Notes under the pieces: generated by a model
What the model was told of the DNA's origin: nothing
The model's database searches: none
The model's input: only the letters and a program-made list of their open reading frames with translations
Shown: positions 10,502 to 22,387 of the stretch, one piece after another
How positions within the stretch are numbered: position 1 is the first letter of the stretch
How the letters are laid out: the number at the start of each line of letters is the position of its first letter
Assembly (NCBI GenBank): GCA_004764695.1
Contig: SMSO01000014.1
Location: 3,839,648 to 3,903,647, forward strand
Length of the DNA stretch: 64,000 nt
Reading direction: 5' to 3'
DNA from: Schizochytrium sp. TIO01
Taxonomy: Eukaryota > Protista > Bigyra: Labyrinthulomycetes
Program-made: the position numbers and the translations under genes

Positions 10502-13096
10502 CTATCGCAGGGCTTGCTGATTTGCATGGTGTTTTTGAATGCGGGCTTGCTTATCTTGCTCAAATTTCTGTAGGGCACGTAACCAGTGTTCAGGGGAGAG
10601 GCGCTGGAACTTTGGATTTGTTAACATGCCCCACAGTGGTTGAAACCGCACTGCAGGAACATTTGATGACATACATACATTGCGAAGGTTAGTATCACCC
10701 GAAAGAACAAGGGTACGAAGTCCAGCGGCATGTCGAATCCGAGCACATTCGAAAACGCGCATATCATTTTGTGCATTGAAAGGTTTCACATGCTTGTGCA
10801 TTTCAGCAAACGGAGCGTCCTCAGACACTGACTGCATGACAATAAAGCGAGACCCTGCAGAAACTTGACTGTTGAGGTACCGAATTGAGGCAGTGGCATT
10901 GGCAAGCTTTGCAGGGTTTTTCACGTGATGTTTTTGCCAATCGAGTTCGTGCACTGTTGCAAAAGGAATAATCATAACGATACTATCGCCATGCGTATGC
11001 TCCAAAGTATGAAATAATTCAAACCGATCTGAGGCGCAGTGGTGTAAGACATTAGTGTCCACAATAAGATGCCACTTATTGCGTAAGATCGGGTCGGCAA
11101 AGTCTTTGGCAGATGCCAACTCACGGGGGATTGACCGTGTCTCTGGTGCCTGGAATTCTTGCAGCCAACGATGCTTCTGGAATTGCACAAGTTGCATTAA
11201 ATCGGGCACTGATGGCTGTGGCGCAAATAAAAATGGGCTCAAATCCGCAGTGCGATACCGTACCCAAGCGCTGAGCTCGCCAGTGAGTTGGTCCGATCGT
11301 TCGTAAAACATGTTACGGATGGCGTGTATGGCATGTAGCACAGCAGAGAGAGCTACATCTTGGTTCCCAGAGTATGGTTCGTATGGTCGAACAGGCCATA
11401 CTTTGGCAAGTCCGCTACGGCCAAACCAACGCGTGCTGTTATCAACAGCCATACTCAATTTTTGCTCACAAGGGAACTTCTCCAATACAGCATCGATAGA
11501 ACGTTCTGGATCAGTAGAATGGGAATAAATGCGAGTTTGCAAGCTGTCCGTGCCACCTGTATCAACAAGCAATTCGCCATCAGGATCAAGCAGCCGCCAA
11601 AGCTCTAACGCTTCACGACGAGAGCGGGCTTGTTTGCATGCGCCAAACACGCGGAACAAGGGAAACGTTTTGGTAGGCCCCTGCTGTGGATCAGCAGGCT
11701 GGGCAGCGTTCGCATTTAAGATGTACCGACGAAGGTCCGGCCATCCAGGTCGAATATGTACAAGAATACTTCGAACATGTGTTCCTTTGGGTCCACAGGC
11801 GATCTTTGTCAGAACTAGCTCACCATCTGCTGATGACAATCTTACAACCGGGTGTTGCTGATCAAAGTCTGTGCCTTCTGGTGCTTTCGGAGAATTAGAT
11901 TCAGGTGTAACTTCGGGAACGAGAAGGTCTTCCTGAGTGACAAGATCATCTAACCAAGTCCCTTCCATTTGTGCCACGATCTGCGTTCCACCGGCAAGAG
12001 ACACACGCTCGTTTTGGTCGAATTCTTGCAGCATGGCAAATTCAGTTTCCCGAGGCGGCCTTGTATGCACAAGATCAAACACACAAGCAAGCGTATGCTC
12101 AATGCCGCATACCAGGCCTAGCTGGGCTCGAGATAAAATTCCTGGAACACGCACTACCATTTCTGATGCAATCTTCGACTCTTCTGCTTCCTCCTTTTGT
12201 ACTTTGGATGGTCCTTCTTGTTGTGCAGGGCCCTCCTCACTTTTTATCTGCTCGACTGTACTTGTAGTACCTGAACACTGCCCTACCGAACCGACTGGAA
12301 TTGCATAAACGAGAAATTCTCGTGCCGCAGGGTTCTTAGTGTTCTCAGAGGGTTCCTTTTTAATAGCCTCTTCCTTGGAATCACTCGAAGATGGTTCCTT
12401 GTTGATCTCTAAGACCTCTTGCTTTACAAACGATGATGAATCCTGAGATGTCTCGGATGACACTGTTTCAGTTGACGGATCAACCGGAGGGGTTGCAGTT
12501 GCAGACCCTTCTTTGCGTGTGGGAGCAGGCACCAAGCAAAGCTCAAAGTCATCTGAGTGAAGGTCAGGACCACATTTGACAATGACAACACCGTTAGAGC
12601 TTGCAGCTTCTTCATAAATGCGAGCTAGTTCTGACCCTGTTTCCACCTCTAGCCACATTATTGCTCGTGCACCTGCATGAATATGGACTTGCGTCCACAA
12701 TGGCAGCCCAGGGTCTGCACCAGGTCGAATAAAGCCACATAACTGAAGATAGGGCGCATCTAGCAAAGGAGTAATCTTCAGAGCTCCATAGACTGCATCA
12801 TATGTGGTAATGGCTTGAGGTAAGGCTGTTTCAGAACCAAAGCGAAATCCTTTGACGATCTCCTGGGGGACTTCATGGCACCCGTCTGAAAGGACACCCG
12901 GCCCAAACCCGACCATGACGTTAAAAGGTCCTCCTCTGGTCAAAAGAGGCACTGGCACCTTTGCTTCTTCTTCGGATTCCTGTTTGAGCCGTTTGGCAGG
13001 GGGGGCATCAACATCTGTTGTAGCATCTTCATGCTCCGCAGATGCATCCATGGGCTCGCTTTTCACCTTGGCGGCGGCTGCATTGCGCTTCACCAT
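10502..13096 (-). CDS. PIN-domain ribonuclease (Swt1/SMG6-like PIN at the C-terminus), 864 aa
   Basis: C-terminal LIVDTNVL, IIPFATVHELDWQK, NDMRVFECA and LVLSGDTNLR provide the four acidic PIN residues; N-terminal NLS-like PPAKRLK. Confidence 0.85.
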   Translation of the reverse strand: MVKRNAAAAKVKSEPMDASAEHEDATTDVDAPPAKRLKQESEEEAKVPVPLLTRGGPFNVMVGFGPGVLSDGCHEVPQEIVKGFRFGSETALPQAITTYDAVYGALKITPLLDAPYLQLCGFIRPGADPGLPLWTQVHIHAGARAIMWLEVETGSELARIYEEAASSNGVVIVKCGPDLHSDDFELCLVPAPTRKEGSATATPPVDPSTETVSSETSQDSSSFVKQEVLEINKEPSSSDSKEEAIKKEPSENTKNPAAREFLVYAIPVGSVGQCSGTTSTVEQIKSEEGPAQQEGPSKVQKEEAEESKIASEMVVRVPGILSRAQLGLVCGIEHTLACVFDLVHTRPPRETEFAMLQEFDQNERVSLAGGTQIVAQMEGTWLDDLVTQEDLLVPEVTPESNSPKAPEGTDFDQQHPVVRLSSADGELVLTKIACGPKGTHVRSILVHIRPGWPDLRRYILNANAAQPADPQQGPTKTFPLFRVFGACKQARSRREALELWRLLDPDGELLVDTGGTDSLQTRIYSHSTDPERSIDAVLEKFPCEQKLSMAVDNSTRWFGRSGLAKVWPVRPYEPYSGNQDVALSAVLHAIHAIRNMFYERSDQLTGELSAWVRYRTADLSPFLFAPQPSVPDLMQLVQFQKHRWLQEFQAPETRSIPRELASAKDFADPILRNKWHLIVDTNVLHHCASDRFELFHTLEHTHGDSIVMIIPFATVHELDWQKHHVKNPAKLANATASIRYLNSQVSAGSRFIVMQSVSEDAPFAEMHKHVKPFNAQNDMRVFECARIRHAAGLRTLVLSGDTNLRNVCMSSNVPAVRFQPLWGMLTNPKFQRLSPEHWLRALQKFEQDKQARIQKHHANQQALR

Positions 13097-14045
13097 CCGT
13101 TCTATGCTCCAGGATTTGAAAACTCAATATGCGCTCAAACGTGCTGGATGGTTTAAGCTGTCAAAGTAACCAAACTTCTTTCTCTCCAACTAAATACAAA
13201 ACAAAAACCCGTGTTCGTTAGTTGTCTGTGAACTAAATGAACTAAATAAACGAGTTTTTGGCTTCTTTATCGTACTCTAGGAGCGTTCCAGAGTACGCCG
13301 AAATACTAGCTGCCTATTTGAGCTGCTCACTTGTCGGTGAGACCAGAGATCCAACTAGATTCTATATGAAAAGCAAAAGGTGGTGACTGTAGTATCCAAG
13401 CTCTGGGTCAAACTCACCAACTCTTCTTTTGGAAATCCTTCGAAGACGCCTCCTTCTTGTGCTGATCTACTGGTATCCACTAGTGACCAGTGCTTTAGGT
13501 CCTCGTGCTGCGACTCCTCGCCATAAAAGCGATTTGCAGCAAGTCTCCACCGAGCTGGCCTTCAAAAACATAGATGGATATTAAATATATACCTGCTACT
13601 TTTCAGACACGGACCTGAGCTGTATATACTCCTACTATTTCCTGTAATAGGGAGTGTCTTTAAAGTCGAGATGTCTGAAATTCCATTATATGAACCTAAT
13701 TTATGTTCAGGAAACCAGATGATTTAACCATAAAACAGGACTTTCAAAGGAAAGATGAAGTTTTCTCTTTGAGACTGATTTGAATTTTCGAGCGCAGAAC
13801 CGGATCTTGGAGACGTCTCCGGCCCTTGCGGTGGGCTTTGCGTGGAAATCCTGCCCCCTTGAGAACCACCCTTGAACGTTCGCGTCAAGCCTGGCACCGT
13901 CCACGCGAGATTTACTGGGATAGTATCGGATTTCTTCCCGTTGGCGGCCCTGAGGCGGTTTGAAGTCCTAAAGAGGCACGGAACAAGCATCAGTATACAC
14001 TCAGGGCAAAACTTTCATTTGGCCCAGACCTTACGGAAAGCAGAG

Positions 14046-16193
14046 ATGGACTTTCAGGAAAATGCTGAAGATCTTGACGATCTTGATAATGCTCAGGAGG
14101 GGGGCACTGGAGCATTTAGAGCAGGCAACTTGCAAACAAATTCGGGGCCCAGGGTGACGACCTCGACGGCATCTACACCTCTTGGGGACTCGCAGTTGAC
14201 GGCACTAGACAACCACTCCAACACATCAAGCAGTGACCTCCCCACAGTAACGGGGCCCGATGTGAGCCCCTCACGAGCAAATGGGAATGCTTTGGGTGAT
14301 GAAAATGACTCAGTTCATGAAGAGTTGGCGCCCGTAGCTCCAATGCGCAAACTCCTCTTGAGCCCAGCTCGACGACATCACCAACAGGAACAAGAACAAA
14401 TATGCAGCGAAGTGCAACTGCTTAGCTGGGGTCAAAATAGCTACAGCGAGCTTGGCCTGGGTGATACGAGCCGAAGGTCTGCGCCAGAGGTGGTTAAGTT
14501 TCTCAAAGAACGAAACTTAGAGGCGAAACAAGTCGTTGCAGGTAATGAGCATACTGCGATTCTCACACGAAGTGGAGCTGTGTACTCTGTAGGCTACAAT
14601 GACTCAGGCCAGTGCGGTGTAGGCCATACCAACCGGGTTTCATCATTTCAGGAGGTTGAGGCGCTTCGAGATAAAGACATTGTTTCACTCTGTTCGGCCA
14701 ATGGATGTGAGCACATCCTAGCCATCACTTCACAGGGCCTAGTATATTCATTCGGGTATAATTCGAGAGGCCAGCTTGGACATGGGACAACGACGCACGT
14801 TTCGCGACCAAGACTTGTAGAAGCCCTTGCTACTCGTCGTGTAGTTACAATCAGCTGCTCCTATCATCATACTATATTATCAACAAGCGACGATGAAGTG
14901 TTTGCAATGGGTCGTAATGATTGTGGCCAGCTGGGCGTGGGCGATACTACAGATCGCAACGTACCTGTGCAACTTACGTCGCTTCCTCGTGGCGTGGTCT
15001 TGAGTCTGGCCGCAGGTCAGTACCACAGTGTAATTTCTATTGATGGGCTTGGAGTGTTTTCTTGCGGAAAGAATGACAACGGCCAACTAGGAATGTCAAT
15101 GACGACAGTAGAGTCGCAGTCTCTTCCAGTTCATGTACTTGCTCCTTTGGGACCTGCTGCTCCTGTTCGCCCATATACACCGAATGCTCCTCTCGTGAAT
15201 TCGCACCAGAATGCGAATGCCAATCCGCTGCAAGTTATTCATTTAAGTTGTGGCTATTACCATACGGTAGCCCTGACCGCTGACGGTGCTGTGTACACTT
15301 GGGGTCGCGGTGACCACGGACAACTAGGAATTGGCACACGTACGAATCACCCACAACCGCAGCGAGTACAAAACATTCCCGAAAACATTATAAGTGCAGC
15401 ATGTGGTGCTTATCATACGCTGTTGCTTTCAGAGAATGGTCAAGTGTACGCATTTGGTCGAAACAATCACCACCAGCTTGGCTGCACAGAAAATGAAACG
15501 TGTGCTTCACCAATTCGCGTGAGTACTCTTGCAAAATACCATGTGACACAAATTGCAGCTGGCTTTTATCACTCATTGTGCCTAACAGGGCCTCCCGACC
15601 ACTCTAGCCAACCACCTGTTTCAACATTGAGCTTTGACTTGCGTCGAATGATTAACAATCCGGCACGTGCTGACGTGACCTTTATTGTCGAGGACAGGCC
15701 TTTGTATGCGCACCGTGTCATAATTATGGCCCGTTGTGAACCATTTGAAGTCATGCTTGCTGGGCCTATGCGCGAAGCAAATCAGCGTGAGATCCATCTT
15801 CGTGACCAACAATATCATGTGATTCTTGCTCTCCTCGAATTTCTATACACCGATGAAGTGCAAGCCCTTACGGATGGTGTCGACTTAAATTTTGCTCTTG
15901 ATCTTTTAGCTGTGGCTGACCAGTTTCTCGTGGATCGTCTCAAGAGTTTATGTGAAATCGCAATTCAAAAGTCCATTTCGATTGAAAATGTCTCAATGAT
16001 GTTCAAGACAGCAGATCAGAGGCAAGCTTTGTCTTTACGTAGGCGCTGTTTTGACTTTATTCTGAAAAACTTTGGAGAGGTAATTGGAACCAAGGGATTC
16101 GTCCAATTGCCACGCAATCTTCTTGCTGATGTTCTTGCATCTGCTCATGAACGAGGTGTGACGATTCGACCTTCACATGGGACTTTATTTTAA
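14046..16193 (+). CDS. RCC1-repeat and BTB/POZ domain protein (RCBTB-like), about 715 aa
   Basis: About 7 RCC1 repeats (WGQNSYSELGLG, GYNSRGQLGHG, GRNDCGQLGVG, WGRGDHGQLGIG...) followed by BTB (ADVTFIVEDRPLYAHRVIIMARCEPF...LLEFLYTD...ADQFLVDRLKSLCE). First ATG is at 14046. Confidence 0.92.
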   Translation: MDFQENAEDLDDLDNAQEGGTGAFRAGNLQTNSGPRVTTSTASTPLGDSQLTALDNHSNTSSSDLPTVTGPDVSPSRANGNALGDENDSVHEELAPVAPMRKLLLSPARRHHQQEQEQICSEVQLLSWGQNSYSELGLGDTSRRSAPEVVKFLKERNLEAKQVVAGNEHTAILTRSGAVYSVGYNDSGQCGVGHTNRVSSFQEVEALRDKDIVSLCSANGCEHILAITSQGLVYSFGYNSRGQLGHGTTTHVSRPRLVEALATRRVVTISCSYHHTILSTSDDEVFAMGRNDCGQLGVGDTTDRNVPVQLTSLPRGVVLSLAAGQYHSVISIDGLGVFSCGKNDNGQLGMSMTTVESQSLPVHVLAPLGPAAPVRPYTPNAPLVNSHQNANANPLQVIHLSCGYYHTVALTADGAVYTWGRGDHGQLGIGTRTNHPQPQRVQNIPENIISAACGAYHTLLLSENGQVYAFGRNNHHQLGCTENETCASPIRVSTLAKYHVTQIAAGFYHSLCLTGPPDHSSQPPVSTLSFDLRRMINNPARADVTFIVEDRPLYAHRVIIMARCEPFEVMLAGPMREANQREIHLRDQQYHVILALLEFLYTDEVQALTDGVDLNFALDLLAVADQFLVDRLKSLCEIAIQKSISIENVSMMFKTADQRQALSLRRRCFDFILKNFGEVIGTKGFVQLPRNLLADVLASAHERGVTIRPSHGTLF

Positions 16194-16693
16194 GCTCTTT
16201 ATGTTTCACATGTGCTACACTACTCGAAATTGCAAGACCTGGCTGAACCTTTTGTACAGACCCACCTTTGTTATAAAGAGCCTGTACGCAAGTGCAGCGT
16301 ATACCCTCGGCGTATTGACATAATATTATTATTAGAAAGACTTGCTGTCGAGTGCATTCACATCAACGTTCTGTTGAACAATCCTACTTCCAGGCGAAGA
16401 CACTTAACTTTGCTGAAAAAAAAAATGGGGTTCAAAGTGAAATGAGGAAATGAGTCATATGGTTACTGTGAATAAATAAAGTACTGAAAACATTTTTTGG
16501 TATACTTTCCAACTTAGGTATATACTTTATTTACAAAATTCAAACTTTCGAGTTTCTATGTCTCTTTTTTTAATACTATTATGTTTTTTTAGAATGGAGT
16601 TTCGGTTTTGTAAAAGTTTTAAAATAACAGTAGACTAGGTTTTGAAAATTACTTTAAAAACTAGAAGAATTGAATTGGAATTGATGACAGCGT

Positions 16694-18142
16694 TTATAAT
16701 TTGTTGCGGAAAAAGGCATACGCAGCGACTGCGGCCAATGGTGCTGCCAAAAATGGCAAACTGGCTTGGAAGAGACGGATGTTCGAAAGCGGCGTTCGTG
16801 TCTGTTTCAAAGTAGATGCACCTTGTTCATCGAGGTGCATGTCTTCCTTGAGAAAGGCAATAAGATCATTGGCCAGAGCACGCGGCTGTTCAAGAGGCAA
16901 AAAGTGGCCTCCCTCCTCAAGTACTGTGTGTCGTCGAACATCGTAGGACAGCTCCATCAGAGATTGCGGAAGCTGAAGAGGTTCACAGGGTGCTGTTAGA
17001 ACGGCAGTCGGGACACTGATGAAGTCCGGTAGAATATTGGAAAAATTCCGGGAGTGGCGGTAGAATGCCATTGCTGTTCCAGCGGAATCTGTGACCCAAA
17101 ACATCATCACAGTGGTTAAAATCTCGTCCATTGTGACAGTGTCAAAGAGCTTGCCTGTTTTGCGGAAGTCAGAGCAAACGTAAAACTTTTCCATAACCCA
17201 AGCCGCAAGGCCTGCAGGAGACTCGCGCATGGCATGGCCAAGTGTCGCGGGCTTGGTTGTGTGCTGCATAAAGTATGCGGTATTTGTACTAAGGAAGAGC
17301 ATGATGTTTTCCATCACGCCTCGCTCACGCGAGTCAAGTGTAAAAGTTGGTGCACGCAGGTAGGTTGATAGCCTCGCTAACTTGTTGATGTTGATCAACG
17401 AGAAGTTTTGTGTAAAAATGGGAATGGGCAGGTTGAGATGAAGAGCTACACAACGGGGAGAACGCGAGGCCATGGTAGATGCGATTGCGGCACCCCAGTC
17501 CCCACCCTGCACAGCGTAAGCAGGCAGCTGGAGGACATTGACTGCAAGTTTTTCGTACAAAATAGCAGTGCGGAGCACCCCCGTGTTGCGAGCCAAGAGC
17601 TCGCTAGGGTTGACAGTTGAGAATCCAAAACCAGGAATCGAGGGGACTACTACATCGAAACCTGCTGCAAGGAGAAGTGGGACCACCTTTTGATGGTCGT
17701 ATATGGTAGAAGGCCAGCCGTGCAACAGGAAGATGGTGAGGGCATCCGCATTATTGTCGCATCGGGCATGAATATAATGCAACTCGATACCTGGTTCAAC
17801 CTCCACAGTATACTGCGGAAACTCGTTCAGCTTTTCTTCAGTCTCACGCCACTTGTCGAGAAACTCGCCCTCAAAGTATGCAAGAAGCTGCTCTAAAAAG
17901 TCTACATCCATGCCGTAACGCCAGGCTTCTGGAGAGCCTGAGCCAGGCTTCGACTCATCAGCATAGGAAACTGCTGTTCGAACGTTCGGGCTGAGGCCAA
18001 GTTCTACGCGTGAGGGGGGTTTGAAGTCATGCATAGCCTTGAGGTTTCGAGAATGCAGTCTCGATCGAAGGTCTTCAAGTACGTCATCATCTACATTAAG
18101 CCGGAAGGTCTTTGGCCTTGCGCTGGCAGAGGAGGTCGCCAT
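16694..18142 (-). CDS. Epoxide hydrolase (microsomal/EHN-type alpha/beta hydrolase), 482 aa
   Basis: EHN N-domain (DVLEDLRSRL..W.YG..W...E..LN.FPQY), LLHGWP oxyanion motif, VVPSIPGFGFS, QGGDWG nucleophile and GGHFLPLEQP catalytic His. Confidence 0.92.
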   Translation of the reverse strand: MATSSASARPKTFRLNVDDDVLEDLRSRLHSRNLKAMHDFKPPSRVELGLSPNVRTAVSYADESKPGSGSPEAWRYGMDVDFLEQLLAYFEGEFLDKWRETEEKLNEFPQYTVEVEPGIELHYIHARCDNNADALTIFLLHGWPSTIYDHQKVVPLLLAAGFDVVVPSIPGFGFSTVNPSELLARNTGVLRTAILYEKLAVNVLQLPAYAVQGGDWGAAIASTMASRSPRCVALHLNLPIPIFTQNFSLININKLARLSTYLRAPTFTLDSRERGVMENIMLFLSTNTAYFMQHTTKPATLGHAMRESPAGLAAWVMEKFYVCSDFRKTGKLFDTVTMDEILTTVMMFWVTDSAGTAMAFYRHSRNFSNILPDFISVPTAVLTAPCEPLQLPQSLMELSYDVRRHTVLEEGGHFLPLEQPRALANDLIAFLKEDMHLDEQGASTLKQTRTPLSNIRLFQASLPFLAAPLAAVAAYAFFRNKL

Positions 18143-18639
18143 GCCGATGATCTCGAGTATTCAACTAGTCGTCTGGGCACGAGGCTCAGCTAGCCCAAAT
18201 CTAAGACTCTTTGCAGTAAGCGTGACCTCCGTCCAATCCTGCGGAGAGCAGCCTTCCTAGGAGCAGGTTTTGGTCACGATGCGCACTCTCTCGACGACAA
18301 TGATGATATGGATCGTGAAAACCTTTTTTTCAAGCTCTTTCTCAAGAAAAGGGAGAAGGATGAACGATTTTGCGTTGTGCACATTGTTTCTCCAATAATC
18401 ATTGGGGAATAAGTATTAGCATAATTGTTATGTACCTTCTTACTACCTATCTACCTTAGTACTTACCCAGCTAATTAGATTACGAATATAGAGAAAAAGT
18501 ACCTCAACATCGGACCACTAATAAAATATATATTACTGTACACTTTGTTATTTTTATAAAACCCCAAAATTTACATGTCCTATTGTTGTGACGTTGCGGG
18601 TTAAAAACTAACCCGTGACTCAAAGACAATTCTTAAATC

Positions 18640-20310
18640 ATGTCCTTGGATAGACAGCGCAAAAGGACACCTCTGACGGCGTGGATATCACAATCGTGGT
18701 TGCATTTGGGGCATATGAAAACCTCTTATGCTCCGAGCTTGTCGTGGATGGTTGCATGTTGTTGAAGTGTAATCCTCTTGGCAAATAACAAGTTTACATC
18801 AGGGCAAATGCTCGGTTTTGTGAATGGGGGTTTGACAGAAGCGAAAGTGGCCCTAATGATACACCATTCAAGCTCTCGCGTTTTATCCGTCTTGTTAAGT
18901 TGTTGACCATCTGGGAGGTTTCAGATTTAGGCAACAGGATAATACAGTAGCTTCCACAGTGCCAAAGGGCAACCTTTTGGTGGGTCTCAGTAGTCGTATT
19001 CTTGATCTTGAGAACTACGCGCAGATTCGCGCGTCTCAAAGTAATTTTACCCTTTTTTCTTTTTCTTTATTTCGTGAGCCAGACTACCTTGGATTTTGTC
19101 GGCGCAACAAAAGAGAAAGAATATGGTTTTGTATCTTCCCCTGTGCCCCACTTCGTGGGTCGGCCATCAGTATCGTACATGGTCTGAAACGAGCGTACTC
19201 CTGGATCTAAGACAACAGTATGATGGTGCTCATCAGACACCTTTTGATTAATAGTGATGTTCTAACTTATCAAGTTTTTCTTTACACAAATGCAACAGCT
19301 GATTCCCTCTATTTGACATTCATAATGTAGAGTGTATAAGTATGCTTTTACAAGCACACTTGAGTCTCTGGTCACTATTCTTCTTTTCTTTTCTTTTCTT
19401 TTTTCTATTCCTGCCAAGGGCTCTTGCTGCAGTTGGAACCTCCGATCATAGATCTCAGCGTGTACCTGAAGATCATTCATCCCCCTCCCCAAAGATCTGA
19501 TGTGCAAAGTCTTAAAGCATCACGAGCGTTCTTGTTTATTCGTTCAAGTGTCGAGAGAGTTATTGAGTCATTACACCTATTCGTTTGCTGGGGCGTTATT
19601 CTCTAATAATGGAAAACTGTTTTTCAAAGGTTCTGTCTCACTTCTGTTGATCAAGATGATGATTTGCCAGATGTGATATCCAGGCAGTTTTCCATCTCAA
19701 TGTTTCCGTGAAAGGTGATATTTCAGCGACAAGAGCAAAATAACCTATTGGAGAAGACTCTGAGAACAATGCGCCAGAGATCCCGAGCACCGCAAACTAC
19801 CCGTTATGCTAACCCATGAATTTATTATTTACCGAACACTAGAGCAACTTCATTCTTCTTCATGGGCCGCTTTTCAGTTGCTGGAAGTGACAGTGCAAAT
19901 TGTGCGTGCAACACAATAGAAATTTATAAGAATCTACTTGCGAAGACCCGACTAGGGCCATCATTGCATCTTTCAAGTTTCAGAGATACTCTATTTAGGT
20001 GCAGCTGCAATCGATACTTGGCAACTCCATGAGAAAAAGATTTTTAGCTATGTTTCATAACAGGGCGAGTGCGACAGTTCAAGATATTCCTGCCATACTT
20101 TAGGCAAGAGGATTTCGACTAGCTTGCAATGCTTTCGGTCTAATTTATATGTGTATCCATTGGGAAGAGCACACTGGAGCGTATTTCAGTTTTACCCACG
20201 GAGAAAACTCTCAGGAATAAACTTCGTTCATCTCACTTAGATCTCTGGAACTACTTTCCTCTTGTACCTTCAATCTGGCATCTCCCTGCAATGTCGATCT
20301 GGAGCTCCCT
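18640..20310 (+). pseudogene. Probable decayed coding sequence, family unknown
   Basis: Protein-like frames broken by stops and frameshifts (DTSDGVDITIVVAFGAYENLLCSELVVDG...; PKGNLLVGLSSRILDLENYAQIR...; LEPPIIDLSVYLKIIHP...). Confidence 0.3.
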
Positions 20311-22127
20311 ATACGTTCTTAGTTAGCTGTTCGGAGGGTTGCGCACGGTTGCGCATAAATAAGTGACACGCACGAAGTGAGTTGCGCAGAGTTTTTTTTT
20401 TCTATTTTATATCACTCATGGTCTACAGCCTCAGACTTGGTAGGTCATTGTTGATTGGGTCAATCGACGGCAGCGCAACCCGTGGCAAACAACCTTATGG
20501 CCAGTATTACGAGCTTACCGTTATGATAAACTTCCCCCTTGGAGTGGTTTATTAAATTTCAGGACCATCATTGCGAATTGAGAATCTTATGTTTGGGATT
20601 ATTCGAAGGAATGAGAGTCTCGCCCAATACAGCACACAAAAGCTTTTGCAATTCGCGGGGTCGTCGTTCTGTTTATTGTTCTACGATATTATGTGAGCTA
20701 TCATGATGCAAGTTGTTTTCTTTTTGCTTAGCTCTTTAAAGCCAAGCCGAAAACTATGAGTAGAAATAGCTTGCTAAGCAACATCTTCAAAAGTTAGCAT
20801 GCAGAACAGCCGGTAGGGAGCCTTTTCCAAAGAATCACCAAGGACACAAAGAAGTTATTCCCCTGGGAAACTTTGGGTACAACTAATAGTCTGTTCGGAA
20901 CGAAAAGTTTACGGCAATCTCGTCGTTCCACTGAGCCCGTTCGCAGTGCCTTGTCGCTGGACCGATAGCTTGCCAGTTCACAAAATCAGCGAACTTTGCG
21001 TTGCGCAGAGGGTTTTGGTCGTCCGCTACTACTTCCACGTGGGTGAACTTCCATAATGTGCTGCCAGAAGCGGGCTACAAAAAGTTTGCTACTACAACTA
21101 GCTTCGGGGATTTGATCATTCACTCACTGACTTACAAACTAACTCACTCGCTCGCTCACTATCGAGAATCTCCGCCAAAAACTTCGAGCTCTTGACCGAC
21201 GAACTTCGAGCTCCAGCTTGGCGCACGGAGCCACTACACCGTGTGGCCATGCATAGGAAAGATCCTCTGATTGCACGCACGCACGCACGCAGGCAAGCAG
21301 GCAAGCAAGCAAGTCACGACACGACACGACACGACATGACACGCCACAGCAGCCAGAGCAGCCAGAGCCGGCGCCACGAGTGAGCACGCTTATGGGTTGA
21401 GTTTGGGAGCAAGAAATAGCACCGCAGGCTTGCTTGCAAAGTAAAGCTACTCTGCGGAGCTTAAATGACCTCAACTTGAGGTGCAGTTCGCAGGCCCTCC
21501 CTGACTAGGCTCCTCTCCTCGTTGCACCCTTCCCTCTCTCGTGCACCTGCTTCAAGCTCTTCAACCTCGTGATCTCTGCTGCTGCTGAGCTGTCCCCTCA
21601 CACACGCACACACGCAGGTTTCTCGAGCTGTGTAGATCGCTCGCCTGCTTGCTTACTTACTTACTCACTTACTCCCTCGTGGCCCTAGACCAAGCAGAGA
21701 ACCAGCTTGAAGACCCGCTTGGGGGTGGGCTGCTCCTTCTCTGCAGACTCTGCACCATCATCGGACAAGTCTTGATCGAGCTTGGGTCGTTCGTTGTTTC
21801 GATCCGAGACCAACAAGCTGTCGGCACCAGTTCCAAGGTTGAGGATTGATTTCCGAGGCGCATTACATTTTGCTCTGCATTACGGCGCAAGCACCATCAT
21901 GTTTGTAGCAAGCAACCATCCAAGGTCAAACAAACCGAGACCACATCGAGACGAAGATGTCGCAGATCAGGCCGTAGAGCCTTCCTCGCCAGTTGCCATC
22001 TCGATGCCGGGCTTGGCTTGAGCTGCTTTCGTGGCGCTCGCTGTGTAACGGTGCAGAGCAACAGTGAAGCAGTGAAAGTGAGCGAGTAAGTTCGCTCTCA
22101 CGTCGTGTTCCTGCACCGAGTCAAGAG

Positions 22128-22312
22128 TAATAATAACAAGAACAATAATAAAGATTAATAATAATAATAATAATAATAATAATTATTATTATTATTCTTT
22201 CTTTTTTTTAATTCTATTATTTTTATTTTTATTAGAAGAAGAAGAAGAAGAAGAAGAAGAAGAATTTGCGGCGAATGAATGAATGAATGAATGAATGAAT
22301 GAATGATTGATT
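22128..22312. repeat. Compound microsatellite (AAT)n-(TTA)n-(GAA)n-(GAAT)n
   Basis: Directly visible. Confidence 0.9.
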
Positions 22313-22354
22313 GATGGCGGTGTGATTGATTGAAGAGAACGAAAGGTCGTCACC

Positions 22355-22387
22355 ATGAATGGTCTTCATCATCGTCATCGTCGGTGA
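22355..22387 (+). promoter_or_regulatory. Short ORF MNGLHHRHRR* overlapping a 14-bp hairpin (candidate uORF)
   Basis: caccATG AAT GGT CTT CAT CAT CGT CAT CGT CGG TGA. Stem 22357-22370 pairs with 22383-22396 using three G-U pairs. Confidence 0.25.

Noticed and set aside
22355-22387. MNG start resembling the Neurospora arginine attenuator peptide
   Set aside because: Only three residues match; the essential DYLSDHLW core is absent.
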